From Fimicolochytrium jonesii (Eukaryota), in the NCBI RefSeq assembly GCF_025526975.1, contig NW_026515692.1, positions 248,001 through 312,000 on the forward strand: DNA of 64,000 bases. Direction: 5' to 3'. Shown here in pieces: positions 1-12,349 of the stretch (within the stretch, counting starts at the first letter, position 1; each line of letters begins with the position of its first letter). The position numbers and the translations under genes are program-made. The notes beneath the pieces were generated by a model. That model saw only the letters and a list, made by a program, of their open reading frames with translations. It was not told the origin of the DNA and ran no database searches.

Positions 1-2243
1 CCTTCGCTCAGAGAAAAGACGAGGAAAAATGATCTTATGTGCTGGTATCGCCATATCCTAATTCGGTCTGCTGAATGGGCACATGAACCTTCTGTGGAGG
101 CGTAGCCAACTAATGCTAGATATGCAGAACTAAATGTACATATTCCCAACGATACTAAGAAGCTACAGCCTTTTCTGGAGAGACGTTCCTGGTTCCTAGG
201 GTTAACTTTTGTGTTTCGATGTGTAATTGAAAAGCGGCGAGTCACATGGTATGCCGAAGAGTTCTCCTTTTCCTCTCGGGCTAAGTTGGAGCGCAGGCAG
301 CGTGTGATTACGCATGTAGTTGTGCTAAGCCGTAGCGTAGTATTGCTCTGGCCAGTAGTATGTTTCCACCGTCCCTTCAATGTTGCCCCATGAGATGGAT
401 CTCCTTTATCGCTGTCACCAAGATTGACAGATTTTCGTCCAAAGGCCATAAGGGCAGGTGGTTCGTTTATCCTTGCGGAGGCGTTTTGCACATGAGATGC
501 ATTGCCAGTGCCCAATTCCTGCCCTTCTCCCGTTCTTTTCCTGTGGTGAGGAAAGGTCAGAACAACACGCGTCACGAAATGATCGATGAACACACTTGCA
601 TGTTTTTCCTTCGACGAGCGCTGGGGCATGGAATGCAATGGAACGGGTACGATTAGATTAATGAATCGGGAAGTCTATGACATAGAAGTTTGTCTCTGTG
701 TTCCTGCCGGCTTGCTGCCAAGTCCCATGACCTCCGGAGTCCTTCCGAGAGCAATTGGCGGCAGCTTTCGTCGTTACGCATGCAAACACAGAAACTCCTT
801 AGGTGCGATCCTGCCGATGCAGGATTAGGATATCTTGATAACACTCCCGCAGAATATCAACCTTTGCGCGAATTGATTCCAACGCCTCTCGGACATTAAT
901 TATAGTTCACTTTCAGGTCTGTGCATTCGTTGTCGAGTGCCGCTGCACAAATAGGATGGGGGCATTGTTTGTAGTCGTTCTGATTGCCCGTTGGGAAGCC
1001 TGGTGTTGCTAGCGACTTGTCAGAGTCCATTTCGGTGGTTGAGCTGTTGCAATGGAGCACGCGCGTTCGCTTTTCGTATACGCGGCGATGAAACCAGTTT
1101 GGCCCTTTGCCAATGGCTCTGGGTTGGGGCAAATCAATTGAGGCGGCTAGATGGAGCACCGGAAATGATTGCAAGGTGACTGAAATGCAGAGCGTCGGCC
1201 AGCGCTCAATGAGTAGCGGTCAAACAGGGCGAAAGCGATGGGGACCTGGCATGTGGTCATTGTCATGAAGCACTCCGCCGTAATCAGATGGGGGGACTTG
1301 GATAGAAGAAAATTCTAGTTATCATATGATCACATATGTAGAATGAAAGGTGGTGGCGGGATCGACAGCACAAAAACCCAATTGACAGCACATACGCGCT
1401 GTCGAATTCCTCTTCTGTGCAAAACGGCTGGCGAGGCTGCAAACGAGAAGAATAATACGAAGGAAAGTCCACGGCACATTTCAACTCCTACATATGATAG
1501 TACGACTCTTGCAGAAACGAGTCATTCGATACTATTTTTCCTTGAGAATTCTTCCCCGGGGCGGTGAGTGGACCCTCTGTGGCCCTCTGTGGCCCTTTGT
1601 CGGAAAGCGGGAGGGCAATGGGTAGGTGGACAAGCATGGATTTCATGTAGACCCTCATCGACCACAAACTCTACAAGCAGACTTACAAAAGTGCCAAAAG
1701 ATGCTTTCGCGAGAGATGGACTGTGAAGCGCTCATCCGGATGTAAATCTGTATAAGTGCGGGTGGATTCTAAAAGGGCGGCCCTGTCGATTTTCCTTACA
1801 ATGAGCAATATGACTCGCAAATAGCGGGGCAGCAACGAAACGAACAGGAGCTAAGGAAGCCCCACGCCACAGTCGAAGTTGCACATCCCTGGGAGAGTAC
1901 GACGATTACATGGACAAGTCATCCTATGTCATCACAACAAAAAAAAGGCTGCCCCACCCCACTTATCACGTCGATGTCACTGAGGCGGGGGAAGGGTTTA
2001 GATGGGACTCGACGGCACTTCATTGGGAGGCGGGGAAGGAAAGCGTGTGGACAAGCATGTAATGTATGCGCGAACACATGCTAGTTTTACGAATGAACGC
2101 TCGTTCGGGAGACGGTGTGCGTCTTCTCATATATAAGAACGGCGGTGGACTCATCACCACCCGACAACAACATGAAGCAGCAACATCCTCGAAGATACTT
2201 TTGTGCCACTCGAAGAGTTCTACTTCAAAAACGATTATCAACC

Positions 2244-4190
2244 ATGCTTTCCGCACTAGATTCAACCACCACGAGCTCAGAACAACAAATGGGGGCCACT
2301 TCGCCCGAGGTCAAAACCCCGTCGGTCGGTGAGACCATCCACGTCACCGACTTAACCAAAGAGATCCACGCCGACAAGCCCGTCCGCTTCACCTATGAAG
2401 CTACGACACTCGGGGTCAGCGACTCCATCGAAGTCAAAATCCTCTCCGCCAACACCAAGATCACCGTGCGCGACCGCACCCCTCCCACACCCCCCTCCTC
2501 GGACACCTCCATGGAGATCGAAGAATCCGGCCCATACGACCTCCGTAACTACGACGAGACCAAATTCGAGCGCGGGCAACGTTTCTACTTCGAAGGCGAC
2601 CACATCCGCGGCGAAGCCGATAGCGTGGTCTTCACCAACCCCTTCTTGAAAGACTATGTGCGCGAGCTCTTCGATGACGACGACGATGTCAACCAATACC
2701 TGTGGGACGAGCCGGCGATGATGGAGGTTGGCGATCTCATTGGGCCACTCACAACGTTTGAGGAAGAGATCCACAAGCGCAGCGGGGTTGAGCGGAAAGC
2801 ACTCAGGGAGTTAGTAACGTACATCCGACGCCGGAATGCCGCGACGATCCGGCTGATTGAAGATTTGAAGACGGATATGCGGGTATCGTTTGCGGCGCTA
2901 GATAAGGTGTTTTCGGCCGGCAGTAAAGTGGTGTATGTATCGGATGGCGTGCTTCACGGGGCTGTGGTGCACAAGATCCGGCTGGAACGCACGATTTTCT
3001 CGAAATGGTACACGATCACGCTGCGGTATATCGGGACGGACGGGAAGAAGTTCCATCAAGAGTTTGAAACTGTCGAGGTCTCCTTTTTCGGGGGTACCAA
3101 GCCATTCAAGTCCCTCTCGCTCCAACCCCTCGTGGAAGACTCGCTTATCTGGAAGGAGCTGCGCGACCGCGGGGAGAAGTTCCTGCTGCACGCCCACGGC
3201 CACCACTACCTCACCTACGAAGGCGCAGGCTGGGACACCTCACGCTACCGCCGCCGGATCCGGGCCAGCGGCCGGGTGATGATCGACGCCGTCTCCTTCG
3301 ATTTCATGAACCCGAACTTCCAGTCAGCGCAACGCGCCTCCGGCGAACACTCCTTCTCCGCCGTTCAACCCAAGGACGTCGTCACCTGCTCCCCGGTCCT
3401 TCGCGGCTTCTCCTTCTCAGCCAAACAGTGGGTGACGCTCGAGGTGGCCAAGCTCGACGCGATCGTGTTCGACGACAACGCCTTCGACGGCCTTGTTCTG
3501 GAAGCCGACACAAAGGACACGATCGAGAGCCTCGTCACGTCCTTCGACTCGACGTCCAACCTCGACTTGATCGCGACCAAAAGCGAGGGTCTGATCCTCA
3601 ATCTAGCGGGACCACCCGGAGTGGGGAAAACACTTACCTGCGAAGCAGTTGCCGAGAAACTCCATCTGCCCCTCTACTCCGTCACTGTCGGAGAACTCGG
3701 TACGGAGCTGAAAGACCTCGAGACAAACCTCCGCAACCTCCTCGAGATCGCCGCGCGCTGGCAGGCCATCACACTGATCGACGAGGCGGACATCTTCATG
3801 CAGCAGCGGACCGACATGGACGTTGTGCGTAACGGGTTTGTTGGGATCTTCCTCCGCTTGCTGGAATACCACCGCGGGATCTTGTTCCTAACTACGAATC
3901 GGGTTGAGGCGTTCGACGTGGCGTTCAAGAGCCGGATCAGCTTGTCGGTTATGTATCCTGAACTCGATCATGCTGCTCGTCGCCAAATCTGGAATATCTT
4001 CCTGGGTCGCGCTGGCGTGCCTCATGAGTTGGATGTGGAGGAGCTGGTCCATTACGACATGAACGGGAGGGAGATCCGCAGTCTGATTCGTCTTGTCCTT
4101 GCGCTTGCGTTGAAGGATGGGAGCGGGGTGATGAAGAAGGAGCACCTGGCGAAGGTACTTAAGGTGCAGCAGAATCGGTTCATAGAATAA
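2244..4190 (+). CDS. AAA+ ATPase, fungal single-AAA family with long N-terminal region (DUF7025-like); intronless
   Basis: Walker A GPPGVGKT, Walker B LIDEAD, sensor LFLTTNR, FKSRI motif. First plausible ATG is at 2244, downstream of a TATA-like TATATAAG at ~2130. Confidence 0.9.
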   Translation: MLSALDSTTTSSEQQMGATSPEVKTPSVGETIHVTDLTKEIHADKPVRFTYEATTLGVSDSIEVKILSANTKITVRDRTPPTPPSSDTSMEIEESGPYDLRNYDETKFERGQRFYFEGDHIRGEADSVVFTNPFLKDYVRELFDDDDDVNQYLWDEPAMMEVGDLIGPLTTFEEEIHKRSGVERKALRELVTYIRRRNAATIRLIEDLKTDMRVSFAALDKVFSAGSKVVYVSDGVLHGAVVHKIRLERTIFSKWYTITLRYIGTDGKKFHQEFETVEVSFFGGTKPFKSLSLQPLVEDSLIWKELRDRGEKFLLHAHGHHYLTYEGAGWDTSRYRRRIRASGRVMIDAVSFDFMNPNFQSAQRASGEHSFSAVQPKDVVTCSPVLRGFSFSAKQWVTLEVAKLDAIVFDDNAFDGLVLEADTKDTIESLVTSFDSTSNLDLIATKSEGLILNLAGPPGVGKTLTCEAVAEKLHLPLYSVTVGELGTELKDLETNLRNLLEIAARWQAITLIDEADIFMQQRTDMDVVRNGFVGIFLRLLEYHRGILFLTTNRVEAFDVAFKSRISLSVMYPELDHAARRQIWNIFLGRAGVPHELDVEELVHYDMNGREIRSLIRLVLALALKDGSGVMKKEHLAKVLKVQQNRFIE

Positions 4191-4542
4191 ACCCGTGCTG
4201 TACATACATTACACATATTCAAAACTATCAGGGTTGCAAGCCCCATCTCTGAAACTACGCCGCGTTCTCAATCACACCATGATCTTCACGGTTGACAGCA
4301 CAAGGGTATGAGCGATGTCTCCCTCCGCCCTCCCGCCCACTAGCCGACAACCACAGAATACGCCCTCGACCATTGCATTCCGAAGAACACATCCTCCGCC
4401 TCGTATTCCAGCTCCGAGGTCCACAGGAAGTTGCTCGGTCCTCCTCGACACTGTAAAAGTTGTATCAGACACTTCGCCGCATATAGCGCGGGCGTGCCAC
4501 GTAAAACCTACTAGGCTCAAACTCCAACAGTCGGCTCGTCCT

Positions 4543-5992
4543 CTAAAAGTACTTGCGCCGTGTTTTGACCGACCGCCGAGCCTTTAAACCGCCGGGGCCG
4601 CGATATACTAATCCGAGACTTCGAGGCGGAGCTTGCGCATAGCGTCCCGTACTGGATGACCCCAGTCGTTTTCCGCACACCTCCGTATAATAGTGTATGA
4701 TTTTGCTCAGGTTGTCCCCCGTGAGGCCCGCATTGACAGCCCTGACTACCGTTCCTTCCTCAATCACATAGATATCACGAAGCTCATCGGATTCCGAGAG
4801 TGCGTGATGGCGTTCGGTTATCATGTCAACAAAGTCATATTGGCAGAGAGCGGAAGTGAGCGCACCGATGTATTGTCGAAAAGGTTGATCGATGGTGTAA
4901 CCAAACATGCATTTTTGGTCCGCTGTATTGACGGTTAGCCTCCAAGCACAAAACGGCTTGAAGACTCGGACACACCATGCGCGCATGAGCTCTGAGGGTG
5001 TTCCATTGCCGAGATGCTCGTGTGCTTGGAGGACGGCCATCCACGTGGGCTCGCGCTCCCAACTCAACCCTGGGTATGTCGATGACCCTCGAGACAGTTG
5101 CTTGTGGTCAAAGTATTGTTCAGTGGTGAACTCTGGCTTTCGGTTTAACGCCGCGAGGAGGGACGCCATGTCGCTGGTGGCGATCAGGTGGCGATGGTGT
5201 ACTGTACCAATCATCAAATGCTAACATCATGTCGGCAGCGAGCCAGGCACCTTGTATTCCACCCCGTCCATCATCGCAGAGTTCCCGACAGTAACTATCC
5301 CACTCGTCCAGAGCTTTGAACCCCTTACGAACAAAGAGCCTGCGCTTGTGTACTCGAAGAGTTTTGCGTTGAGCTTCCAATGTGAACGACATTTAGGCGG
5401 GCTGAAAGGGAGCGCGGCCAACCAGACAGGGCACCCCCACCTTGCAACGGCTCCCATATTTTTTGAAATATTCCTGACCAAGGTTGGGGTTTCCGTAATG
5501 GTACCATTGCTGAAGCAGTGTCTCGGCAGGCGTCCCCAGCTCCATGCTCCCATGCTCCCTCATGAGCTCGTAATCATTTAGCAGGGTCTGCCCAACAATC
5601 GAAAGCGCAAGTGTCGAGTAAAAAAAGACCTCGTCTGAAGTCTCCAGGCTAGGATTGTTGATGTAATACCGCAAACTGGGCATACGCACAACCTCATCCG
5701 CTGTGCGAAGGCGATCAAGAAGGAGACGAACAACATCGAGCCTTTGTCTAAGAAGGAATGGAGTCGATTTGACACTGAAAGTTGTCAGATTGTGTTTGAT
5801 AACATCGGAAAGAGCATATTGCTGTCCGTAGTGGTCATCCAAGAGGCGAACGATAGTGTGTTTGTCATTCGAGCACAATCTGAAACGCCTGTTGACTTGG
5901 CGGACAATGGGATATGATTCCAACCCGATGTAGGATACGTTCAGTGTGAGGACCTCCTCTGGAAGACGGCAGATGGGGGCTTCCGAGTGCAT
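4543..5992 (-). pseudogene. F-box domain protein, disrupted
   Basis: N-terminal F-box-like motif RLPEEVLTLNVSYIGLESYPIVRQVNRRFR. ORFs 5393-5992 and 5120-5392 share a frame and are separated by one TAA. Coding-like sequence continues in another frame (4543-5217) after ~5200. Confidence 0.6.
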
Positions 5993-6554
5993 GATTGACG
6001 AGAGAGGGCCGTGGGAAAGTGAAGGAAACTCGAATGGACTCGTCGCGATATCGAAGATGTTGACTATGGTCGTCGCACCCCACTATAGACTACCGTACTG
6101 CCGCTGCTGCTTGCTTTGGGCGGCAGTGCGGGGGTCGGAGGTCCGTCTGTCGTGTCTGTCTACGTACTGCTGCTAGGAAAAGCGCGATGGATGAGTCCCC
6201 AGAAGCTGTCCCAGAGCTTGCCCCAGAGCTCAGCCCGGCTCAGCCTGCTGAGCAGAGCTGCCCAGAAGCGAATAATTATTAATATCAACTCCACCCCCCG
6301 CAGAAAGCGACAGCAAGCTTCCATTCCTTGAAACCCCTCTGGCCCACTTTCCACAACCCTCTGTCCCAAATTCATAATCGCCATCCACTCCGCCCCCCAA
6401 AACCGAGTGCTCAATGCCAAACGAGAAAACGAGTGCATGAATTGACGAGGAAACGCCAAGAAGATAGAGAAGAAGGTGTGAAAAAAAAAGAGTGGTCTGG
6501 GGAGACGTATGCTGGAATTGGGATGGATTTGGACGATGATGAGGGTGAGTTGAT

Positions 6555-8600
6555 CATACCCGGTCTGATTTGATGACACTGAATGGGAACTCGGAAGTGA
6601 AAAGGAGCAAAGTTTCTGCCAACGGCATCCACCTCTGTTCAGACCGAAGGTGAAGCACAACATATTCGTTCAGCACAAGAAGGAGCCGCAAAAACACTTG
6701 ATAGGCAAAGGGCCGAAACAGACGGTTGGCGTCGACTCTAAGGGGTTGCCAGTTTGGAATACTGAATCATGCGGCCCCCAAGCTCTCGGTTCACTGATAA
6801 AACCGCGCAGACTAAATCAACAAGCCAAGAGCAATGCAGCAAGAAAGCAGCCGCGAGGCGCTGAGAATCGTAAGATGCCAGCAGCTGTCGTTGCGGGACT
6901 TTTACCTGGGCCACAGGAAATCATCGGCGAAAAAGCTTGGATGACCGACATACCTCGTTCGGGTTGTGAACATGGGCAGAACGGAACCATTGAGGAAAGC
7001 ACCCTGGGGAGAGGTAGGCTGCGACTCTTGCATCAAGCTTTGCGGAGGCCTTCAGTTAGGCATCGGCAACTCGCAGGAATGGCAGCACGCTGCGTGTGGG
7101 ACCTTCTTGCACCTATTGCTTGCAAAGGCATTCGCCAACACACTTGCGAAGGTACGACTGACAAATCCTACAGGTTCAAGCTAGACGCATGGACTCGCAA
7201 ATGTGTGGTCAGCCTGAGGGTGCTTCGGATACGTATGTGTTGTAGTTTTACCGGTCGTCAATTCGGAAGGCGTTACCATGCTTTGCGACGTGCGATTCCT
7301 TGTGCGGTGGCTCAGACTTTGCTCGCATGGGCGATGTTCAGTCCGAGTCCCCCGTCCAATTCCATTGCTGTGACGCTATTGACCATGATCACTTTCGGCT
7401 TTTCAAGACAGCGGAATGTACAGTATCTGTTCGGAAGCCGGACCGGTCTGCTGATTTTGGCACTGAGTACGGGGCGAGTTCAGACATGCAAGTCGGGTGG
7501 CTGCACAGGTGCACGCGGTATCAACCTGGCTGCGTTAGTACGAGGGAGGCGTGCGGAGGTGTCTCTGTGGATTCTCCGAACCACAAATGGTTTCTGGGCT
7601 TTAATCAGGGTAGCCTGTCTATTGAGCCCGAAAAATAGAACAGCGGTTCACCAGCCTTCAGTGGTTGCGCTTCCGGTTGCGGGCATGCTATGAATAGCTT
7701 GCCAGGCAAGTGTCCGGTGAGCCTCTTCTTGGATTCAATTGGGGCCTGGTCACTGCTGTCGGCAATCCAAAACTTTTGCTAGTCAAAGTCAGAAATCTCT
7801 CCAAGGAAACAAAAGTCTGGCCGCGATTGACGGGATCGCGCTGTCGAAATCGTCCCACGGGCTAGGGTGGAACTCTCCCGCCCGCTCACATTTTCGGGAA
7901 CCGGTTGCACTTCGACAGACATGTAGATAGGAAGCCTCTACCAGAACCTCATCCCATGCTCTTTTTCCCTTCCTCTCCTCCACGGACCAAAATTTACATG
8001 CAAATGTGCCATCCTCCACTAGTTTCGGGTAGGTAATGATGTTATGAACCTACTCCGCCCCAACCAGCCTGCGGCACCGTCCATGAAATGAGCCTTGTGG
8101 GATGCAACGGTGCTTCCTCTTTTGTTCATGCCGAGCATCACCGACGACATTCCGCTTACGAAATGATCCCTATCGGCCCAAATGCGCCATGCAGCTCGAA
8201 TGCTCCAACCCGACCGTGATGACCTGACACTTGCTGACAGTATCTGACGCGAGCAACCAGTCCCTCGGAGGGATGAACAAGCGCAGTGACCGATCGACCA
8301 CCCCTCTTTGCGTTACAACAACACGCGTCTCTTCATCACCGGGTTTCACAACAGACGCAACGACCAAAAACATTCTTGTTGGGGATGTGTTTTCCAGGAG
8401 AAGCGATCCAGCACGTTTGCTTGACGGTCCATGCCCGCCATTGAAGCAACTGCTCGTCGCCTCGCCTGGTTGGGGGTCCAGTTCGGACAGTTTGGCTACC
8501 AGGATCGGTCCCTCGGCTGGAGCCCGGCCATCATCGCTTGGGCGTCTCTGTCCATTTGCCGGTGTGAGGATTTTCTGGTGGATGGATTTGTCGGTGGTTG
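6555..8600 (-). pseudogene. Decayed coding relic, family not recognised
   Basis: Protein-like fragments broken by stops and frameshifts, e.g. FADDFLWPR*...LFRPFAYQVFLRLLLVLNEYVVLHLRSEQRW and AWDEVLVEASYLHVC. Confidence 0.3.
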
Positions 8601-9431
8601 GATATGTAGGTGAGAGGGGTTGTCGGCGAGTGCGCTGTCAAAAACCAGAAAGGCCACAGGAATTGTAGATGGCGATCGAGATTGAGGGCGTTTATTCCGT
8701 ATGAGTTTGAGGGGAACGGGCAACGGGCAAGGACAAGGAGTAAGGAATGCTTACTTATGGGAGTTAATAGTTGTGGTGTACGTGCCAATGCGCTCATGTG
8801 CTGGACTGTTCAAAAAGGAAGGAATAGAGAAATGAGTTTGTGCGGGGGTTCGGGGAGAAGTCGGGAACTATTGGAAAGTGACTGTCTTTGACAGCGTGCT
8901 GAACTGGGGTTACCAGGATCCAATCAAGCGGTACCTGGCGCCGAGGCTCTGGTTCACGTTTTTCGACAGCGCTTGACAGGGAAAAGTTCGTGTCCACAAC
9001 AACCAGGAAGATTCACATTTACTGTACTTTCAGCGAATTTACGCGAGCAGATGCGAGAGACATTGGAACTGTGTTCGCCGTTGACTCTTTCAATAAGGCC
9101 CTGCGGTCCACGGCGAGGTCGCAAGTACCAGATTTCGGGTTTACTCGAGACGGCTGGAGACAGTTTTCGTCGGTCCTCCCCACCACGTACAGTAACGGAT
9201 GTACTACAACATCTTATTAGGAAGTGACATGACGGATAGCCATGCTAACAGAAAACGTGGGGGGAGGGAGGGTTACGTATGTACAAATGGTTTGCGCCAC
9301 AAGGGAGACGTGGAGCTGCATCGAAGGGAGGGAATTCGCTCTGACAATAGCGGGAGCGAGCGACATCCGCTTCTTCTCACCACCGGTAGCATCCTTGGAC
9401 TGGCATCTCTGCTCATCCCGACCGTCGCTGA

Positions 9432-10265
9432 CTAACCACGGCGACGTTTGTTTGGGCGGTCCCCGTCCGCGCTGTGTGCGTCTGCGCTGTCTCTGCTTCC
9501 CGTCTCACGCTTATTTGCGATGGCAGTGGTGGTTGCGTTGGTGGTGTTGATTGTAGATGCGGACGGAGTAGCGGGGGCGATATTGGCGGTCGCTAGCACT
9601 GCCGTGTAGTTCATCAAGGCGTCCATCACGGCTTGGAAGTGTTGGCCTTGGTGCGGTGTCGTAGGCGTCTGTATCGTAAACGTCAGCATTGAAGGTGTGG
9701 GGACTGTCGGGACGGTGGGGATGGTCGAGAGGACTGGTGCGAACGGGGCGATAGATGCGGTGAGTTGGGCGGCGGGAACGACGGTGGATGCTGTGGCTTG
9801 AGGGCTAGGTTGAGTGGCGGTGGTTGCGTTGGTGGATACGCGGGGGACGACACGCAGGACCCGCGGGCTTAAGTTTAACGCTTGTGCCGTCGCCAGCTGC
9901 GTCTGGTCCCAGGCGATGTCTCGGCCATCTTCGCAGACCGCGAGGATTTCGCTGAGAATCAGCCTAATTTCGCGAGTGCTCACAACAGAGCGGTAAATAT
10001 TCCGTCCTCCGGGTGCCCCATTGCGCCGGAACGTCTCGATTGCCCGATCCAAGGCTGCCCTTGTGGCTATTGAGTGCAGGTTTGGCCACTCTCTCAGAAA
10101 CATCACGGCGAAAGCCACGGCGTGTCTATAGTCATCATCATTCTCCAGCAACCATGAGGCCATTCTCTCTCTACGGTGTCGACCGATGCGCCTCCTCATC
10201 TCCCTTTCTGCCGCCTCCGCTGGAGGCTGGGCTTGTTGCGGTTGTTGCTGTTGTCGTGTAGACAT
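9432..10265 (-). CDS. Orphan protein, Gln/Thr-rich, ending in a basic NLS-like tail (RPNKRRRG); intronless
   Basis: Open frame from MSTRQQQQ, with a TATA-like motif at ~10517-10522. A diverged paralogue lies immediately upstream. Confidence 0.65.
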   Translation of the reverse strand: MSTRQQQQPQQAQPPAEAAEREMRRRIGRHRRERMASWLLENDDDYRHAVAFAVMFLREWPNLHSIATRAALDRAIETFRRNGAPGGRNIYRSVVSTREIRLILSEILAVCEDGRDIAWDQTQLATAQALNLSPRVLRVVPRVSTNATTATQPSPQATASTVVPAAQLTASIAPFAPVLSTIPTVPTVPTPSMLTFTIQTPTTPHQGQHFQAVMDALMNYTAVLATANIAPATPSASTINTTNATTTAIANKRETGSRDSADAHSADGDRPNKRRRG

Positions 10266-11099
10266 TGCCAATGTTTCTTGTTGTGCGCTGAGGGTTTGAT
10301 AAGTGGAGTGCACAAGGCGGAAAGGAAGTGCGGGTTGCTGGAGGGAGACGTAGTGGGGGTGGTTGCGATGTGAGGGAATTGGTTGTGGTGGTCGCAGAGG
10401 GGGGAGTCTGGCTGTGCTTGAATGAGGAATATTATGCCGTACCTTGTTTTTCTCACTATGTTTGCTACCGCTGTGCTGTGGGAGCAACTTGTTGAGGGTG
10501 AGGGAGAGAACGCGCCTTTATACTCCTGCGTCGATTTGGAAGTCAGGGCGGTCCCTGCTGAGCGCTCCCTGACAGGTTTTCGACAGTATTGACTGGCGAA
10601 AAACGTCTCAAAGCTCAATGGGAAGGAAAAATGCACTGCTAATCATGATACCAGAATGAGCCATTTGGGAGTGATTTGAAAAATTTGATTTATCATCGCT
10701 CTCTTTGGCTGCAAGCACCGAAAGTTATGCAACTTACAGTCATCGCAGATGGGAATTTTGGACGTAAATGTGGGAAGCATAACTGTGAGATTTTTTCAAA
10801 TGGCATCTTCCTACCGACGACCACCTGACCACCAGAATTGATGTTTTTCCGAGCAGTCCAACGCCATCAGAACGTTCTCATTATTTTTTTCGCACGGCAT
10901 CCCATTCACGGTTATGATTGAAGTCGCCACAAGAAGATGGGTGAAAAAGGTTGGGGTAGGGCTACATACGTACAGATCATTTCCAACGGAAGAGATAGGT
11001 GTTACTTCGGGCGAAAGAGTTGTGGGCTACGTTGAAACGAGGTACTTGGTGAGTGGTGCGTGCGAAGCGTGGTAGAGGCGGGACAGACTCGATCTGGCT

Positions 11100-11960
11100 G
11101 TCCTCGCCGTTGCTACCTAATCTCGATGACGTTTCTTTTTGTGTTTGTGTCCGCGGTGGCCGTCTACGTTGTGCGGACTTGCAGTCTCGCGGTTCCTTCT
11201 CCTAGTGGTCCTCGGGGTAGCTGCGGACGGTGGGCGAAGCCGGGGAGGCGGCGGCGGTGGTCGGGGCTGATGCGCACGGAGTAGGTGCGGAGGTTGTCGC
11301 GGAGGAGGCGGAGGACCCCAATGATGACATGTAGTTCATCACGGCGACCATAGCGACCTGGAATAGGTGCTGTTGGTGCGGCGTGTTGGGTAGGGGGATT
11401 TTAGGAAATTGGACGGGAGGCGGAGAGTGTTGCGGCGATCGTGGCGGTCATGGGGATGTCTGGAGCAGGTGTTGCTGCAGTTTGGGGAGCCGAGGGGCGA
11501 GTTGGGGACGGAGATCCAACGTCCGTGCGATCTGCAGTGCCGCCCCGTCCCAAACAGCATCCTGGCGGACTTCGTAAACCTGGAGGACCTGCGAACAACG
11601 AAAAGAAGTCAATAGAATATCGGGGCTCAAATGTAGATACGGCTTCCTCCCCATGGTTAATCGCCGTTGCTCGTGCGCTGCAGTCCTTGGACAAAAATTG
11701 ATCAATATCTTCGATATGTTGCTGCATTGCTTGTGACATCGGTTTCGATGGGAGCTGGGGTGCGAAGAGTAAATGGGCTCGTCAGAGTGGTGGAAGTGAG
11801 GGAACAGAGGTGGCGGTGGCGGTGGATGCGATGGAAGAGCAGGGATTGTGGAGTGAGATGGATGAGAGGTGGCGGTGGGTGGGAGTTTCGCCCAACTAAG
11901 AAGAGCTTGGGCTTGGTCTGCTGTGCTGCACTGTGCTGTACTTCCTTGCTGTTGTTGCAA
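11100..11960 (-). pseudogene. Frameshifted paralogue of the 9432-10265 orphan gene
   Basis: SQVLQVYEVRQDAVWDGAALQIARTLDLRP matches SEILAVCEDGRDIAWDQTQLATAQALNLSP. TPHQQHLFQVAMVAVMNY matches TPHQGQHFQAVMDALMNY. The matching blocks fall in different frames. Confidence 0.65.
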
Positions 11961-12349
11961 TGAAACACTTCCCGCTAACTTGTTACTGCTGTGCGCTGCG
12001 CTTGCTTGCGATTATACTCTTGAGGGAGAGCGAGCTTTCTGGGGCAGAACGCTTTTATAACTTTTGAGTTGCGAAACTATATACATGTAGGGTTCCCGAA
12101 TCTGCGGTGGAAAGCAACGCATGGAGAAACGGGGAAGTAACGGAGGAATGCAACTAGAAGGCTGCATTTTTGACAGCTTTTTGACGGCACGCACTCTTCA
12201 GCGTCTACGGACGCCCCCCATCGGAACGCTGAACGGTTACGATGGGTAAATATCTGGAGTAGTAATAACGAGCAATTGTGGTCGCTCTCCTTTTTGATCC
12301 CATGTGCAAAAACTGTAAGTTCGCCAGCTCAGGGAAGTGGAAACAGGGC

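Noticed and set aside
6650..7693. 347-aa plus-strand ORF
   Set aside because: No recognisable motifs and an atypical composition. The minus strand carries the more protein-like, though decayed, signal.
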